Below, piece by piece: positions 1 through 10,291 of a DNA stretch of 64,000 nt (its first letter is position 1; every line of letters starts with the position of its first letter). The position numbers and the translations under genes are program-made. The stretch lies in the NCBI GenBank assembly GCA_028715295.1, contig JAQUSD010000002.1, positions 3,385-67,384 on the forward strand, in the 5' to 3' direction. Below the pieces are notes generated by a model. The model had not been told where the DNA came from and did no database searches. It saw nothing but the letters and a program-made list of their open reading frames with translations. The stretch comes from Candidatus Nanoarchaeia archaeon (GTDB taxonomy: Archaea > Nanobdellota > Nanobdellia > JAQUSD01).

Positions 1-173
1 TTTTTCTCAGGATTAATAACCAGAATAATTTCTTTTATGCCTGCTTCCTTAAGTTCGTCAAGATGATAGGATATGAGTGGTTTCCCACAGAATCTTATCA
101 TCTCCTTTGCCTGAGTATGACTTACTGGGTACATTCTTTCGCCTTTTCCGCCTGCAAGAACAACTGCTTTCAT
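1..173 (-). CDS. Sugar-phosphate nucleotidyltransferase, N-terminal 57 aa only (gene runs off the window start). The reverse complement of 173..1 reads MKAVVLAGGKGERMYPVSHTQAKEMIRFCGKPL...
   Basis: Own translation of the minus strand. The GGxGxR nucleotide-binding signature sits in the first 12 residues. The ATG overlaps the stop of the upstream mutase as ATGA (170-173). Confidence 0.6.
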   Translation of the reverse strand, partial: MKAVVLAGGKGERMYPVSHTQAKEMIRFCGKPLISYHLDELKEAGIKEIILVINPEK

Positions 174-1531
174 TTGTTAAACCTCTTTATTAAATTCAAG
201 TATTGATTGCATATTTTAAATGTTTTCTCTTTTGATTTAGATTCAATAAACAATCTTAATATGTCCTCTGTTCCTGATTTTCTCAAAAGAAATACATGTT
301 CATCATCTGCAATCCTAAGTCCGTCTGTTGAATCAATCTTGTTGTCTTTTTCAAGAATTCCTTTTACTTTTTCCATAACTTCATCCTTATTCCATGAAGT
401 TATTGTTTTTGAAAAAGAATAATATTTAGGAATTTCTGAGACAAGGCTTGAAACAGACATATTGTATTTCTCAACAATAGATGTTAAAAAGCATGCATAA
501 AAAGAAGCATCAGGATATATGACATGTTCTGCATCAATCCAGTGTCCATTTGGCTCGCCTCCGAACTCTGCGTTATGTTTTTTAATTGCCTCTTCCACAA
601 ATATATCCCCGACTTTTGAATAGATTAAATCTGCTTTTCCTTTAACAAAATCATAAAGCGCGTTTGAAGTGTCTATTGAAGCAACTATCTTTGGACTATT
701 CTTAAGGTATTCTTTTGCAAAAAGGCAGAAAAGTCTGTTCCCATTTACAAAGTTTCCATTTTCATCAATAACACTTAATCTGTCTGCATCACAGTCATAA
801 GCTATCCCAAAATCATAATTCCCATACTCCACTTCTCTTGAAAGCTTTGCAAGATTATACTTTGTAGGGTTTGACTGCCTTCCAGGAAATGAGCCGTCCA
901 AAGAGTAATTTATTTTTTGGACATTCCTCACCCCAAGACATTCCATCATCCTCTTTGTTGTTAAAATTCCTGCACCATGCCCGCTGTCAATAATAAGAGA
1001 GATGTCACTGAATGCTCTTGGCTTGAATCTTTTTGTAAGAGATTTCAATGAAGACTCAACATAGGCATCATACGCTTCTTCCCTAAGCCATTCTATGGTT
1101 CCTCTTCTGCACTTTTTATCAGACGCGTAAAAGCATTTTTTTAACAGATCAAGCTGTTCATTGTTAAAGCCAGTGGTATCATTTCTTGTGAACTTAAACC
1201 CATTGTGTTCTTTTGTCAGATGGGAAGCAGTAACCTGAACACCTGCATCTGCATTAAAAAATTTTGTTGCAAATGCGATAAGCGGTGTTGGAGTCAAGCC
1301 GATTTCAATAACATTAATTCCCGAACATACAGCTCCTTCAATAAATGCCTTATAAAGAACATTGCTTGATGTTCTTGAATCCTGCCCAACTACAATTTTT
1401 CCTTCATTTTCAAGATATTTTCCAAGCGCTTTACCAAGCTTTTCAGCAATATTTTCATTTATTTCCTCAGGGTAAACTCCCCTTACATCATACCTCTTGA
1501 AGATTTCCATAATAAAAACCTGAACAGCCAA
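170..1531 (-). CDS. Phosphohexomutase (phosphoglucosamine/phosphomannomutase family)
   Basis: 453 aa. Active-site Ser loop 'TASHLTKEHNGFKF' resembles the TASHNP..NGxK phosphohexomutase motif. Translationally coupled to the downstream nucleotidyltransferase. Confidence 0.8.
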   Translation of the reverse strand: MAVQVFIMEIFKRYDVRGVYPEEINENIAEKLGKALGKYLENEGKIVVGQDSRTSSNVLYKAFIEGAVCSGINVIEIGLTPTPLIAFATKFFNADAGVQVTASHLTKEHNGFKFTRNDTTGFNNEQLDLLKKCFYASDKKCRRGTIEWLREEAYDAYVESSLKSLTKRFKPRAFSDISLIIDSGHGAGILTTKRMMECLGVRNVQKINYSLDGSFPGRQSNPTKYNLAKLSREVEYGNYDFGIAYDCDADRLSVIDENGNFVNGNRLFCLFAKEYLKNSPKIVASIDTSNALYDFVKGKADLIYSKVGDIFVEEAIKKHNAEFGGEPNGHWIDAEHVIYPDASFYACFLTSIVEKYNMSVSSLVSEIPKYYSFSKTITSWNKDEVMEKVKGILEKDNKIDSTDGLRIADDEHVFLLRKSGTEDILRLFIESKSKEKTFKICNQYLNLIKRFNK

Positions 1532-1565
1532 ATATATAAAAACAACTGTTTAGATTGTTATTATT

Positions 1566-2612
1566 ATGATAATATTAAAACAAAATGCTAAAACAGGTGA
1601 AGTCAAGGTTAGAGTCAGCTCTTATGATGATTTATGGCATTTATACCATGTTATATCCAAAGGGGACATAATATCAGGAAAAACAACAAGAAGGATTAAA
1701 TTTGGCGATAAATCAGAAAAGAAAACAGTATTCCTGAAAATTGAGGTTGAAAAAGCAGAACTTCATGAAAGTTCCAGCACATTGAGGGCTTTGGGCAGAA
1801 TAATTGAAGGTCCTGAGGAAGTTTCAAGAACACACCACTCTTTTGAAATAGACTCTGGAACTATTGTTGAGATTAAAAAAGACAAGTGGAAAAAATACGA
1901 GATTGACAGGATTAAAGAAGCAGTAAAATCAAGTTCAAGAGCAAAACTTCTTATATGTGTGTTTGAGATTGGAAAGGCAAATTTTGGGGTTTTAAGGGAT
2001 TATGGAGTGCAGATGCTTGGGGATTATACCCTGACTATCCCAGGCAAGAGGAAAGAAGTAATGAATGAATACCAAAAATCAAAAGAACAGTTTATTAAGG
2101 AGCTTGGAAAAAACCTGATTTCGCTTGCAGATGTCCATAATGTCAAAAAGATACTTCTTGGAGCAAACCAGTTTGATTTGGATAATTTCACAGAAATTCA
2201 CGGGAAAAATAACAATTTAATCAACATGCTTATTCCTGTTCAGATATCTACAATTGATATAACTGGGATTAATGAATTAATAAGAAATAAAAAAGTTGAA
2301 AAAATAATTGAGGAAAACAGGATTGCAAGAGAAACTAAAAAAGTTGAACAATTCATTGAAGAACTTGCTAAAAATGGACTTATAATCTATGGTTTTGATG
2401 AAGTTAAGCAGGCAACAGAACTTGGTGCTGTAAGGGAATTATTAGTTACTGATAAATTAATACAGGAAAAGAAATCAGAAGTTGAGCCAATAATTGAAAG
2501 TGTTGAAATTCAGAAGGGGCAGATTGTAATAATATCAACAAGCCATGATGCAGGAAAGAAACTCCACGGATTTGGTGGGATTGCAGGATTTTTAAGATAT
2601 AGAATTAGTTAA
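1566..2612 (+). CDS. pelA: Pelota/Dom34-like ribosome rescue factor
   Basis: 348 aa, the usual archaeal Pelota length. N-terminal 'ILKQNAKTGEVKV...DLWHLYHVI' region and a C-terminal eRF1-like region. Confidence 0.75.
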   Translation: MIILKQNAKTGEVKVRVSSYDDLWHLYHVISKGDIISGKTTRRIKFGDKSEKKTVFLKIEVEKAELHESSSTLRALGRIIEGPEEVSRTHHSFEIDSGTIVEIKKDKWKKYEIDRIKEAVKSSSRAKLLICVFEIGKANFGVLRDYGVQMLGDYTLTIPGKRKEVMNEYQKSKEQFIKELGKNLISLADVHNVKKILLGANQFDLDNFTEIHGKNNNLINMLIPVQISTIDITGINELIRNKKVEKIIEENRIARETKKVEQFIEELAKNGLIIYGFDEVKQATELGAVRELLVTDKLIQEKKSEVEPIIESVEIQKGQIVIISTSHDAGKKLHGFGGIAGFLRYRIS

Positions 2613-4006
2613 AGCAGTTTCTTAAGAACTCTTCTGACTATATCTGGATGAGCTCTTGATTTTGTTTCTCTCATAACCTGTCCAAATAAAAAGTTAAAGG
2701 AATTTTCATTTCCCCTTTCATAATCATCAACTGCTTTTTTGTTTTTTTCAAGGACTTTTTTCACAACTGCTTCGATTTCCTTGTCATTTGTAATTGCTTC
2801 ACCACCCATTTTTTTTACAATTTCTTTTGGTGAAGTTCCTTTTTCAACAAAAACTTTGATTACTTCTTTTGCCTGTCTTGGGGATATTTTCTCTTTTTCT
2901 ATAAATTCCATTAATTCCATAAACCCGTTCTTTGAAACATCATTTATTGTGATACTATTATAATTAATGCATTTAAGCAAATCCCCTAAAACCCAGTTTG
3001 CAAGCAGTTCATAATTCTTTATTTTCTTTGCACATTCTTCAAAGAAATCAGCAAGATGCTTGTCAAGAACAATTGTATCAGCAACTGATTTATCAAGCTT
3101 ATACTGTTCATGTATTCTTTTGGCTCTTGCATCAGGAAGTTCAGGAAGAACATCTCTCATCTTAGCAAGATAATCTGTTTCAAGAGTTATTACAGGCAAA
3201 TCAGGTTCAAAGATATAACCGTAATCTGCTTCAGCTTCTTTTTTTCTTAAAGTGTGTGTTGTTCCTGTTTCAGTTTCAAAATGTCTTGTTTCTCTCTCAA
3301 TTTTACCGCTTGATTTCATCTCTTTATTCTGTCTTTCAATTTCGTATTTTAAAGCAGCTTCAATTGACTTGAAACCGGAAATATTTTTTACTTCAACCCT
3401 TTCCCCGCCTTCAATGGAAACATTTGCATCAGCTTTGATTGTGCAGAAATCAGGATTAAAAATACCTAGATGCTGTAGTATTGAATTCAGCTTGTTCATA
3501 AAAATTCTTGCTTCTTCAGGGGACTCCATATCCGGTTCAGTGACTATTTCGCATAAAGGCATGCCTGAGCGGTTGTAATCCATTAGAGTGTATTTAGCAT
3601 CTGTTATTTTACCAATATGAATTAATTTAGCAGGGTCTTCTTCCATATGAACTCTCCTTATTCTTATTTTCTTTTTCTTTCCATTTAAGTCAATTTCAAT
3701 ATATCCATTTCTTGAAAGAGGAGATTCATTCTGTGTAATCTGGAAGTTTTTTCCCATGTCTGGATAAAAATAAATTTTTCTTGAAAAATAAGTTTCTTTA
3801 GGGAAAGTGCAGTTAAGAGCCATTGAAAGCTTTACTGCATAATCCAAAACTTTTTTATTAAAAACAGGAAGCGAGCCGGGCAAACCAAGACATATGCTGC
3901 ATGTTGCTGTATTCGGCTTTGATTCATCATATCCAGTAGGACATCTGCAGAACATCTTGCTCTTTGTTGCAAGCTGTACATGAATTTCAAGTCCTATCAT
4001 TGTCAT
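2609..4006 (-). CDS. gatB: Asp/Glu-tRNA amidotransferase subunit B (GatB)
   Basis: 465 aa. N-terminus 'IGLEIHVQLATKSKMFCRCP' and a C-terminal YqeY-like tail '..FGQVMRETKSRAHPDIV'. Overlaps gatA by 4 nt. Confidence 0.9.
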   Translation of the reverse strand: MTMIGLEIHVQLATKSKMFCRCPTGYDESKPNTATCSICLGLPGSLPVFNKKVLDYAVKLSMALNCTFPKETYFSRKIYFYPDMGKNFQITQNESPLSRNGYIEIDLNGKKKKIRIRRVHMEEDPAKLIHIGKITDAKYTLMDYNRSGMPLCEIVTEPDMESPEEARIFMNKLNSILQHLGIFNPDFCTIKADANVSIEGGERVEVKNISGFKSIEAALKYEIERQNKEMKSSGKIERETRHFETETGTTHTLRKKEAEADYGYIFEPDLPVITLETDYLAKMRDVLPELPDARAKRIHEQYKLDKSVADTIVLDKHLADFFEECAKKIKNYELLANWVLGDLLKCINYNSITINDVSKNGFMELMEFIEKEKISPRQAKEVIKVFVEKGTSPKEIVKKMGGEAITNDKEIEAVVKKVLEKNKKAVDDYERGNENSFNFLFGQVMRETKSRAHPDIVRRVLKKLL

Positions 4007-5343
4007 ATTTCCGCCCCCCTGTTTAAATTTGCTTTTTGTTCATAAGCATACGCTGTATGGATGAGCTTTGATTCATCAAGATGATTTCCTATAATATGAA
4101 GTCCAACAGGCATATTATCAGCAAAACCGCATGGCACTGAAATCATAGGTATCCCTGCAAGATTGGGTGCAACTGTAAGAATATCCATTGCCCAATTCTG
4201 TAAAGGAGTAAGTTTTGATATTTCATCAAAACGCGGAGCAATAACCGGCATTGTCGGAGATGCCAAAACATCAACTTTCTTAAATGCTTTTTTGAAATCA
4301 TCAATTATCATCTGCCTGATTTTCATTGCTTTCAAGTAATATGCATCACGGTATCCGCTCATTCTTGTGAATGTTCCAAGCATTATTCTTCTTTTTGCTT
4401 CTTCTCCAAAATATTTAGTCCTTACTTTTGAAGCAAATTCATCAAAGTTTCCTTTAAGGGGCAAGGTTGCTCCATACCTTATACCGCAGTACTTTGCGAG
4501 ATTTGTTGATGCTTCTGAAACTGCAATAATGTAATATGAAGAGAGTGCATATTTTGTCATTGGAAGCGAAACTTTCTCAGTCTTTGCACCGAGAGATTCA
4601 AGAGTTTCAACTGCTTTGTAAAAATGGCTTTTGACTTTTTCATCAATTCCTTCTGAAAGGTACTCCTTTGGTATTCCTATTTTAATTCCTTTGAGATTTG
4701 TCCTGCATGATTTTGTGTAATCAGGAACTTTTTCATTTATTGAAGTTGAATCTTTTTCATCATACCCTGCAATTATACTTAACCCGAGAGCAGCATCTTT
4801 TACATTGCCTGCAATTATTCCGGGCTTGTCAAGAGAATTTGCATAAGCCAGCAAACCCCAACGGGAACATCTGCCGTATGTTGGTGTTATGCCCACAGTT
4901 CCGGTAAATGATGCGGGTGCTGATATTGAACCTCCCGTTGATTCAGCAACAGCAATGTGCTTTTCAAGAACAGCAGATATGCATCCTGCACCACCTGAAC
5001 TTCCTCCGCATGAACGGTTTAAGTCCCAGGGATTTTTAGGTATTTTATAAGCACAGTTTGCTGAAAAAGTTCCAAACCCAAACTCGTCCATTGCTGTTTT
5101 TCCAATTATTAAACCACCTTCATTTTTAACTTTTTCAACAACAGTAGCATCAAAAAGAGGAATGTAATTTTCAAGTATTTTAGAACCTGCAGTTGTTCTC
5201 AAGCCATTAGTGCAGAAGCAGTCTTTTACAGAAACAGTATATCCTGACAATTTCCCCTCACAAAGAGGTTTTGATTTCTCATCTACTGTAATAAAACAGT
5301 CCAGCTTTCTGTCCAAATCCTTAACTTTGTTTATTATATTCAT
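4003..5343 (-). CDS. gatA: Glu/Asp-tRNA amidotransferase subunit A (GatA, amidase signature)
   Basis: 446 aa. Amidase signature 'GGSSGGAGCISAV'. Sits in the gatC-gatA-gatB order. Confidence 0.9.
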   Translation of the reverse strand: MNIINKVKDLDRKLDCFITVDEKSKPLCEGKLSGYTVSVKDCFCTNGLRTTAGSKILENYIPLFDATVVEKVKNEGGLIIGKTAMDEFGFGTFSANCAYKIPKNPWDLNRSCGGSSGGAGCISAVLEKHIAVAESTGGSISAPASFTGTVGITPTYGRCSRWGLLAYANSLDKPGIIAGNVKDAALGLSIIAGYDEKDSTSINEKVPDYTKSCRTNLKGIKIGIPKEYLSEGIDEKVKSHFYKAVETLESLGAKTEKVSLPMTKYALSSYYIIAVSEASTNLAKYCGIRYGATLPLKGNFDEFASKVRTKYFGEEAKRRIMLGTFTRMSGYRDAYYLKAMKIRQMIIDDFKKAFKKVDVLASPTMPVIAPRFDEISKLTPLQNWAMDILTVAPNLAGIPMISVPCGFADNMPVGLHIIGNHLDESKLIHTAYAYEQKANLNRGAEI

Positions 5344-5621
5344 ATTATCTTAGGCCCCCTGAAAAATCCGTTTTCCTTGTGTTCTGTCATGCTCAGAGCC
5401 TGTTTAGTGGACAAGCATTCTGTTACTCTGTCTTCTGACATCACGTTTTTTGTTTCAACAGGATGAAAACAAGGGTTTATTTTACCAGTATCAACCTCGT
5501 CAATAACTTCAAATTCCTTCAATATATCTGAAAACTGTTTTGAAAATTTTTTAATTTCGTCAGAACTTAATTCAAGACGGCTTGCTTTTGCAATATGTTC
5601 CACTGTTTTCTCGTCTATCAT
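5340..5621 (-). CDS. gatC: Amidotransferase subunit C (GatC)
   Basis: 93 aa, immediately upstream of gatA and overlapping it by 4 nt. Size and position are as expected for GatC. Confidence 0.6.
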   Translation of the reverse strand: MIDEKTVEHIAKASRLELSSDEIKKFSKQFSDILKEFEVIDEVDTGKINPCFHPVETKNVMSEDRVTECLSTKQALSMTEHKENGFFRGPKII

Positions 5622-5660
5622 TGCATATCATAAAAACCATTAGATTATTTAATCTTTACT

Positions 5661-6284
5661 TTAAACAGTTGTAATTTTCCACAACCCAACTGCAACATCA
5701 TAGTTCTTTTTCTCATGGACTTTCATGGTTGGTTTAAGGTTGAACCTGTAAGTATTGATTAAAGAACATCTTACACCTTTATTAGAACAGTATTTTTCAA
5801 TATAACCTCTTGTTTCAAGTTTATGCATTGAATAAACAACAGGAGCTATCTGAAGGGCTTTTTCAAGAAAAATAATGTCTATATGCTTGTTTTTAGTCCC
5901 AAAAGGAGGGTTCTGTATTGCTGTCTCTGCCTTAAGAGAACTGTCAAGCTTTGCTACATCCCTGACAAAAAATCTGAGATTAAGCTTTTGATTTAAAAGG
6001 GTTTCAGCAAATTTTCTGTTGTCTTTTGCAGTTTCTATTGCATCAGCATCAATATCAACAGCATCAACTTTTGCACCAAGAACAGAAGCGCCTATTGAAA
6101 GTATGCCTGTACCGCATCCTAAATCAATCACCTTCCTGTTGTATAAGTCATTATTCATATATGCTGTCCAAAGAAAATCGGCTGCGAACTCGCTTGGCGT
6201 AGAATACTGTTCATATTTCATCTTGGGAACCTCAAACGTTTTTAATTTTGAAAGGAACACAGCAAGTTCTTTCTTGGATTTCAT
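5661..6284 (-). CDS. Small class-I SAM-dependent N6-adenine-type RNA methyltransferase (METTL5/COG2263-like)
   Basis: 207 aa. SAM-binding motif 'VIDLGCGTGILSIG' and the 'NPPFG' catalytic motif. Confidence 0.65.
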   Translation of the reverse strand: MKSKKELAVFLSKLKTFEVPKMKYEQYSTPSEFAADFLWTAYMNNDLYNRKVIDLGCGTGILSIGASVLGAKVDAVDIDADAIETAKDNRKFAETLLNQKLNLRFFVRDVAKLDSSLKAETAIQNPPFGTKNKHIDIIFLEKALQIAPVVYSMHKLETRGYIEKYCSNKGVRCSLINTYRFNLKPTMKVHEKKNYDVAVGLWKITTV

Positions 6285-6326
6285 TTATGAAAACAATTAT
6301 TAATCCAGATTTAATAAATTATTCTT

Positions 6327-7946
6327 ATGGACAAGGAAGTGTTACTGTTAAAGAAGAAAATGGGGGAAAACCTAATTGCTGTTCTTAAAAACAAAAAGAA
6401 AACTATTCTTTTGATAAATGACATGCTTGTTCCAAAAGATGAAGAACTTAAGTTTAGGATAGATATGTCTAAACTTGCTGGGAAACATGAGGTTATCCTC
6501 CTTAATTCTCTTTGGGAGCAGATGTCAAAAGGAGAAAAATCACTTTTAAACACAATAGCTTCATCAAAATCAATTCATGATGAAGGAACATATGAAATAA
6601 TAAAAACAGCTAAAAAATTAACTGAAAATGTTGTTGATAAATTTGGAGAACATGTAGTGTGTGCAGTTCTTTATGGTTCTGCTGTTATGGGCAGAGCAAC
6701 AACAGACATTGATATTGCATTTATTGTAAATGACACTGACTTAAAAGATATGACGAGAAGCGAAGCAAGAGAAAAGCTTTCTGCAATAATAAACAGCATT
6801 GCAATAGGTTCAAGTTCAAAAAGAAAGCCTCATGTCCAGGTATATATGCTCAGTTCATTCTGGGAGTCTGTAAGAGATGCAAATCCAGTAATATTTACAT
6901 TGATAAGAGACGGGGTTCCATTCCATGATATCGGACTTTTTATGCCATGGAAAAATCTTTTGAAAATGGGGAAAATAAAGCCTTCTGTTGAAGCAATAGA
7001 CAATTTCCTCTTAAGCGCAAACATATTTATTAAAAAACTTAAAGACCAGATTACAGACATGACTATAGATGATTTGTGGTATGTTATGATTAATCCTGCT
7101 CAGGCAAGTTTAATGATGTACGGCATGGCTCCTGCAAACCATAAAGAAACCATAAACCTTGTAAACAGGATTTTGGTTAAAAAAGAAAAAATCCTTGAAA
7201 AAAAATATTATATCTGGCTTAAGGATATTTTTGAAGCAAGGAAAAGATTTGAGCATGATGAAAAAACTGTTTCTGCGTCCGAGCTTGCAAAATACATGAA
7301 AAAGGCTGATGAGTATCTTGAGAGAATGTCAAAATTGTTTGATGAAGTGAGGGAGAAAAAATTCAAGCATGATATTGTTTCAATAGAAACAAACCTGAAA
7401 AAAAATGTTGAAAAAGCAATAACAAGCATGGGTATTAAAAAAGGGAAAAGAAAGCTGATGGACGCATTTAAGGAAGAAATAATAAAGGAAGGTGTTCTGC
7501 CAAAAACTTACCTTGCCTCAATAGAATATTTTTATAAGATAAAAGAAGATTACAGAAGCGGAAAGATAACTTCTGAAGAAATAAGAAAAGCTAGGAATGA
7601 AGTTGAATCTCTGATTTCTGAACTCAGAAAGTTCATGAAAGAAAAGCAGAAAGACAGGACAGAGGCGCTTAAGATAAAATTCAAGCATGGAGAACAGATG
7701 GGATATATGTGGATTGTTGGAAAAAAAGCGTTTATTGTTAAGGACTCAAAAAAACCAAATGAGGTTTATTCAGCAAAAATAAATAAAACAGGAAAGTTCA
7801 CTGATATAAAACAAACAGGGAGAGAGGACATGCAGAATGCAATGGAAAAAACAAAGATTGTAGAGGAAGCATTTATAAAAGAGAAGACTTTTGAAAGCCT
7901 TAAAAAGATGTTTGATGGAAGTGTTGAATTCCTTCTTGGAGAATAA
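6327..7946 (+). CDS. Pol-beta-type nucleotidyltransferase domain protein with a long Lys/Glu-rich helical C-terminal region
   Basis: 539 aa. 'LYGSAVMGRATTDIDIAFIV' fits the GS..DxD nucleotidyltransferase motif. Downstream is 'ARKRFEH' (Rx4H, HEPN-like). The C-terminal 250 aa are K/E-rich. Confidence 0.4.
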   Translation: MDKEVLLLKKKMGENLIAVLKNKKKTILLINDMLVPKDEELKFRIDMSKLAGKHEVILLNSLWEQMSKGEKSLLNTIASSKSIHDEGTYEIIKTAKKLTENVVDKFGEHVVCAVLYGSAVMGRATTDIDIAFIVNDTDLKDMTRSEAREKLSAIINSIAIGSSSKRKPHVQVYMLSSFWESVRDANPVIFTLIRDGVPFHDIGLFMPWKNLLKMGKIKPSVEAIDNFLLSANIFIKKLKDQITDMTIDDLWYVMINPAQASLMMYGMAPANHKETINLVNRILVKKEKILEKKYYIWLKDIFEARKRFEHDEKTVSASELAKYMKKADEYLERMSKLFDEVREKKFKHDIVSIETNLKKNVEKAITSMGIKKGKRKLMDAFKEEIIKEGVLPKTYLASIEYFYKIKEDYRSGKITSEEIRKARNEVESLISELRKFMKEKQKDRTEALKIKFKHGEQMGYMWIVGKKAFIVKDSKKPNEVYSAKINKTGKFTDIKQTGREDMQNAMEKTKIVEEAFIKEKTFESLKKMFDGSVEFLLGE

Positions 7947-7948
7947 GC

Positions 7949-8851
7949 ATGAATGAAGAAATCGTAAGGCGTTATGAACAAATGTTCGGAGATGAATACA
8001 ACAAGGTTCTTGCAAGTTTCAGCAGAAAGTATGTAAAATCAATAAGGATTAACACTCTGAAAATAAAGCAGGACATTATTGCTGAAAGATTAAAGAAAAA
8101 AGGTTTTGTTCTTCAAAAATCAGAATTTAATGAAAATTCTTTTAAAGTTTTAAGAGAAAAATATTCCATAAGTTCAACACCGGAATATCTTATGGGTTAT
8201 TATTTCATACAGGATGAAATAAGTTCAGTTCCTGTTCTTGAACTTAACCCGAATGAAAATGAACTTGTTCTGGACATGGCTGCATCCCCTGGGGGAAAAA
8301 CCACACATATGGCTGAACTTATGAAGAATAAAGGATGTATTGTTTCTCTTGAAATCAACAAAGACAGGATGGAGAGCTTAAAAGCCAATGTTTCAAGACT
8401 GGGAGTAAAGAATGTTGTTGCTTTGAGAATGGATGCAAGAAGAGCAGATGAACTTGGACTTAAATTTGATAAAATACTCCTTGACGCCCCATGTTCAGGA
8501 GAGGGCATGATGGTAAGAGACAGAAAAAGAATGGACTCCCTGAATTTAGAAGAATACAACAGATTTTCAGTGCTTCAGAAAGAACTTGTTGACACAGCAT
8601 ATAAAGTTCTTAAAAAAAATGGGATTGTGGTTTACTCAACATGTTCCATGGCTATTGAGGAAAATGAATCTGTTATACAGTATGCTATTGACAAAGGTTT
8701 TAAACTTGTGAAACAGGAAAACATGGGGGATGAAGCAAAAACTGAGTTTCTTGACAATAAATTTGACAAAACAATGAATTTAGCAAAGCGGTTTTATCCT
8801 CATAAGCATGGAACTGGATTTTTTACTGCAAAAATGGTGAAAAACTTTTAA
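7949..8851 (+). CDS. NOL1/NOP2/Sun-family RNA m5C methyltransferase
   Basis: 300 aa. Motifs 'DMAASPGGKT', 'DAPCSGEG' and 'YSTCS'. Confidence 0.85.
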   Translation: MNEEIVRRYEQMFGDEYNKVLASFSRKYVKSIRINTLKIKQDIIAERLKKKGFVLQKSEFNENSFKVLREKYSISSTPEYLMGYYFIQDEISSVPVLELNPNENELVLDMAASPGGKTTHMAELMKNKGCIVSLEINKDRMESLKANVSRLGVKNVVALRMDARRADELGLKFDKILLDAPCSGEGMMVRDRKRMDSLNLEEYNRFSVLQKELVDTAYKVLKKNGIVVYSTCSMAIEENESVIQYAIDKGFKLVKQENMGDEAKTEFLDNKFDKTMNLAKRFYPHKHGTGFFTAKMVKNF

Positions 8852-8901
8852 ATGCAAAGCATTTGAAAGTCAGAATTTGATAAAAATAAGATGGTGAAAG
8901 A

Positions 8902-9351
8902 ATGAAATATGAAAAAGTTGATTTAGAAGAAGTAAAAACAAAAGATATTCTTTTAGCAGTGACTTTCACTAAGAAACAGGTTTACATGGTTTCAGAAAAG
9001 GCATGGGAGGTTATACAGACAATTCAGAAAAAAGAAAGGTTTCCTTTTTTTGCAGGGATTTACATAGGGGATATGATTAAAGACAAATATTACCCTTCAA
9101 TAAGTGCAGGTGATTATCTTAAACTTAAGAAAGTAAAGGTAAAAGATGATGCTTTAATGAAGTTCACTTATGGAAGAGATATACAGAACAGGGACATAAT
9201 ACAAAAAGAAGGTGAATTGAGAGAAATGGTAAGGGTTGTAAATAAAGATAATGAATTTGTAGGACTTGGTTATATAAGGGAATTTGGAATAAAGAGAGTC
9301 GCTGATATAGGGGAATATTTAAGACTTGAAAAAAGAAAGAATCAGAATTAA
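8902..9351 (+). CDS. Hypothetical protein, possibly a PUA-like RNA-binding protein
   Basis: 149 aa ORF directly downstream of the NSUN gene. No diagnostic motif; the PUA-like call is a guess from context. Confidence 0.3.
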   Translation: MKYEKVDLEEVKTKDILLAVTFTKKQVYMVSEKAWEVIQTIQKKERFPFFAGIYIGDMIKDKYYPSISAGDYLKLKKVKVKDDALMKFTYGRDIQNRDIIQKEGELREMVRVVNKDNEFVGLGYIREFGIKRVADIGEYLRLEKRKNQN

Positions 9352-9839
9352 TATGCATTATTGTTTTCAGATTTTCCCCTGCCACCATATAAAATTTCAA
9401 GAATTTTTGAATGGTTTTGTTCACATTCATTTTCTAAGGAAACCGCATTATGGAACAAGGGATTAAACACATTTGACAATCCACACTGTGAATCACAAAA
9501 ATCAATTACAATGCCTTCAAGTGTTTCTCTGCTTATGCTAAAAGCAAACTCTTTATCAAAAAAGTCTGTATCAAGAAATTTAATTACATTTTTTTTCACA
9601 AATTCCCTGAAATTATCCTTATTCTCCCTGTAGTTGTATTCAAACTCAAAATCATCTATATTGTGCTTTTCTTTAACTTTTTGCACAACCATCATAAAAG
9701 AATCAATAAGTGCATTTTCAAGATGATAATCAAATATCCCTGCTGGACTAAGTCTAGACAACACAACATCTTCATAAAAATTTACATTATCTGAACTTTC
9801 CTTTTTTTTAACTGAAACTGCTGGTTTTACATATTTCAT
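9348..9839 (-). CDS. Hypothetical protein
   Basis: 163 aa ORF with no recognisable motif. Confidence 0.3.
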   Translation of the reverse strand: MKYVKPAVSVKKKESSDNVNFYEDVVLSRLSPAGIFDYHLENALIDSFMMVVQKVKEKHNIDDFEFEYNYRENKDNFREFVKKNVIKFLDTDFFDKEFAFSISRETLEGIVIDFCDSQCGLSNVFNPLFHNAVSLENECEQNHSKILEILYGGRGKSENNNAY

Positions 9840-9884
9840 AAAAAATTCGACTTTTATCTGATTTATAAGTGTTGTGTTTTAGAA

Positions 9885-10190
9885 CTATTCCCCGTATTCC
9901 ACATATTCAAGATTATATTTTCTTTCCATTTCCTCGGTTATTTCTGAATCCTTGCTGTAATTTGCTTTAACCCATTCTTCAAGTGTAAGTTGCTGTGAGT
10001 GGGTGGATATTATATCTTCAATTTCCCTGGAATCATATTCTGCATCAAGCCATATGTCAATTTCTTCCTTACTCATTCCGCAAAGCATACATAAACTAAT
10101 TATTTTGTAATATTTCTCTGGAGGGATATATTTTGAATACTTTTGAAGCTTCCCGGAATATTCTTTTTTTAAGATTTCATAAGTTTCCAT
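9885..10190 (-). CDS. Hypothetical acidic small protein (first in the small-ORF array)
   Basis: 101 aa, reading the same direction as the following small ORFs. Confidence 0.3.
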   Translation of the reverse strand: METYEILKKEYSGKLQKYSKYIPPEKYYKIISLCMLCGMSKEEIDIWLDAEYDSREIEDIISTHSQQLTLEEWVKANYSKDSEITEEMERKYNLEYVEYGE

Positions 10191-10291
10191 TTCAATTCAC
10201 TAATTTTTCCTGTAAATTTACTATCACTTATTTATAATTTTTTAATCATTTTTATTATGTGTTATAAAACTTCACAGTTATTTAAATAGTT

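Noticed and set aside
207-422. Numerous 60-170 aa ORFs on the strand opposite long conserved genes (e.g. 207-422, 2739-2963, 3252-3578, 4698-4907, 12379-12879, 17546-18268, 27618-28394, 44183-45646, 60332-60565)
   Set aside because: These are shadow ORFs inside well-supported genes. They have low-complexity Ser/Phe/Leu-rich translations and no independent support.
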